Of a stretch of DNA of 64,000 nucleotides, positions 62,459 to 64,000 are shown in pieces; the stretch's first letter is position 1, and each line of letters opens with the position of its first letter. The position numbers were made by a program, and so were the translations under genes. A model generated the notes under the pieces. The model did no database searches and was not told where the DNA came from. It saw only the letters and a list, made by a program, of their open reading frames with translations. Source of the stretch: an uncultured delta proteobacterium (GTDB lineage: Bacteria > Myxococcota > Myxococcia > Myxococcales > Anaeromyxobacteraceae); contig CAWHDZ010000007.1 of NCBI GenBank assembly GCA_963828255.1, forward strand, positions 192,001-256,000. Reading direction: 5' to 3'.

Positions 62459-62466
62459 GTCACAAA

Positions 62467-62496
62467 TCGTAGGTCTAAAATAATAAAGACCTACGA
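62467..62496. promoter_or_regulatory. Perfect 10-bp inverted repeat, candidate AbiEi operator
   Basis: TCGTAGGTCT-AAAATAATAA-AGACCTACGA, 8 nt upstream of the ATG. Confidence 0.7.
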
Positions 62497-62542
62497 AATG
62501 TAACACGCCTCCATCCGGGGCCGCAAGCATGTCCCACGGGCA

Positions 62543-62738
62543 TCACGAGAGGGCCTTCGCCCGGTCGAGTTCAATCCGGACCGGTGCCCGAGAAGAGCCC
62601 GTTCTCCTGCCTGAGCTGCTCCCGGCTCTTCTGCCCGGACTCGAGTGCCAGCCGGTCCTCGTCGCGCTGCTTCTCGGCCTTCCGCCGCTCGAAGAGCCCC
62701 TTCTCGACCCGGACCCGATTCTAGCTCTTGCCCTTCAT
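62543..62738 (-). pseudogene. Possible decayed small gene
   Basis: MKGKS*NRVRVEKG...EKQRDEDRLALESGQKSREQLRQENGLF; coding-like codons with an early TAG and a late frameshift. Confidence 0.3.
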
Positions 62739-63064
62739 GACCCAAAGAGCCTAACGCAGCCCGAGCACGACAACGACCCCAACGAACAGACGATCCCCCT
62801 CAAACTCCCGCCTTCTTCTCTTTGTCTGTCCCCCTCCCATCCCGGTGATTCCTAGAATCTGCATTCATCCAAGAGTGAACTCTGACCAGCCAGACCCAGC
62901 CCCGCCCCGCCGCCCCGAAATCCAAGTTTCAGTCATCTGGTGCAGTCAGGTGGCCGCTGGTGAGGATGGTGAGGGAGCGGGGAGCGTCCGGGTGGGGAGG
63001 GCACTTCTGCGTCACCGCCATGCCCCGCACCCGGAGTGCCATCATGTACGGACCGGGCTCGGCC

Positions 63065-63739
63065 TCAGCGGCCGTGCTCGGCCGGGCTCGTCACGACGGC
63101 CTCAAAAGTGGCCTCGTCGATGAACTGCGGCTGGTAGGTGACGCCGGCCGCGGTGAGGTGCTCCACGAAGGAACGGAGGTGGTTCCGGCTGCCCTTCATG
63201 AGGCTCTCGTAGACGGTCAGGATCCTGGGGTCCTCGGTCCGCTCGGCCATGCCGGCCAGGTCGGACAGGTCGAGATCCTCGATGGTGGCGCCGACGAAGA
63301 GCGCGTCGACGGAGCTCACCGTCCCCGCATCCACGAGCTCGACGTAGAGTGCTCCGAGCTCTGCGTTCGTGAACTCCCCGACGCCCATTCCCGCGGCCGG
63401 GTCGGGGATGCCCGCGGCCTGGAGAAGCTGAAGCACGGCGTCCATGTGCTGCTGCTCGCTCGCGGAGATGTTGGCGAGGATGAGGAGGCCCCAGCGTTCA
63501 CCGAGCGTGACGTAGACGTCGCGGGCTAGCTTCTCCTCCTCGCGGAGGAAGACGAGGTCCACTGCGACGGCATCGCCCACCGTCAGATCGGTGGCGGTGG
63601 TCGCGGTGCCCGTGGTGGTGGTTGCGGCGCCCGGGGTGACGGTGGTCCCGTCCTCGGCGGACGAGATGGTGCTGGTTCCGCACCCCGCGAGCGATGCGGC
63701 GGCGACGGCGGCAACGACGACGACGAACCTCTGGATCAT
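63065..63739 (-). CDS. DUF2202 ferritin-like lipoprotein
   Basis: Lipobox LAGC, Thr-rich linker, REEEKLARDVY, SEQQHMD, IEDLD, GSRNHLRSF. Confidence 0.85.
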   Translation of the reverse strand: MIQRFVVVVAAVAAASLAGCGTSTISSAEDGTTVTPGAATTTTGTATTATDLTVGDAVAVDLVFLREEEKLARDVYVTLGERWGLLILANISASEQQHMDAVLQLLQAAGIPDPAAGMGVGEFTNAELGALYVELVDAGTVSSVDALFVGATIEDLDLSDLAGMAERTEDPRILTVYESLMKGSRNHLRSFVEHLTAAGVTYQPQFIDEATFEAVVTSPAEHGR

Positions 63740-64000
63740 GACGGCTCCGTTCCGGAGAAGGTCCCGTGAACGAGGTGCAATCTTCTCCACATCAGGAAAC
63801 ACCGCGGCGGCCGGCAGGTTCTCCTCGCACGGTGCGGCATGATGGCGCACCCGATCGGTCTAGGCAGCGCTGCCCTGCCGTCCCCGCGGATCCGGCGGCC
63901 GCCAACTGGTGGAATGGCGGCGTGGCGCGTCCAGGGCGTGTTGCGTCCCCCACGCCCATCTGGACCGCTCGAGTCCAGAGGACCCCGCATGGTTCACACC

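Larger units (their letters stand above)
54383..62500. mobile_element. Integrative element / genomic island (int-xis-relaxase-RHH plus cargo); boundaries approximate
   Basis: Co-oriented mobility genes directly after a conserved gene, followed by IS remnants, low-GC cargo and TA genes. No att pair found. Confidence 0.6.

Noticed and set aside
62750..63060. Pyrimidine-rich intergenic stretch, possible right boundary or ncRNA
   Set aside because: No convincing ORF, structure or repeat matching the left boundary.

Overview
High-GC (about 70-75% by eye) bacterial DNA. Gene content (giant CxxxxCH cytochromes, topoisomerase VI, DUF222-like HNH gene) suggests an Anaeromyxobacter-like Myxococcota genome; this is an inference. 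There are three zones. (1) 1-16.4 kb is mostly housekeeping: a CarH-like B12 regulator divergent from a CFA-synthase-type methyltransferase, an orphan DpnA-like DNA methyltransferase, queG, a DMT transporter, ygfZ, a peroxiredoxin with an in-frame UGA at the catalytic Cys followed by a SECIS-like hairpin, a Zn-dehydrogenase, htpX, archaeal-type top6B-top6A, a 43-aa basic peptide absent from the ORF track, an exonuclease, an HNH gene, a holin and a di-heme peroxidase. (2) 16.5-52.6 kb is a 36-kb minus-strand cluster of six lipoprotein multiheme cytochromes built from a repeated 5-heme module, with about 47, 27, 14, 18, 60 and 110 heme motifs by hand count (about 276 in total). The cluster embeds its own resB/ccsA maturation genes. 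The largest gene (about 4,350 aa) is broken in the ORF track by four single-base indels that cancel out. The two giants share a near-identical 10-heme C-terminal domain and a sigma54-type promoter. (3) 54.3-64 kb is an integrative element (tyrosine integrase with a Zn-ribbon insert, Xis, Replic_Relax protein, RHH protein), then a low-GC DUF1254 cassette bracketed by inverted mini-IS66 copies, a toxin-antitoxin cluster with orphan antitoxins, and a DUF2202 lipoprotein. All counts and coordinates were derived by eye.
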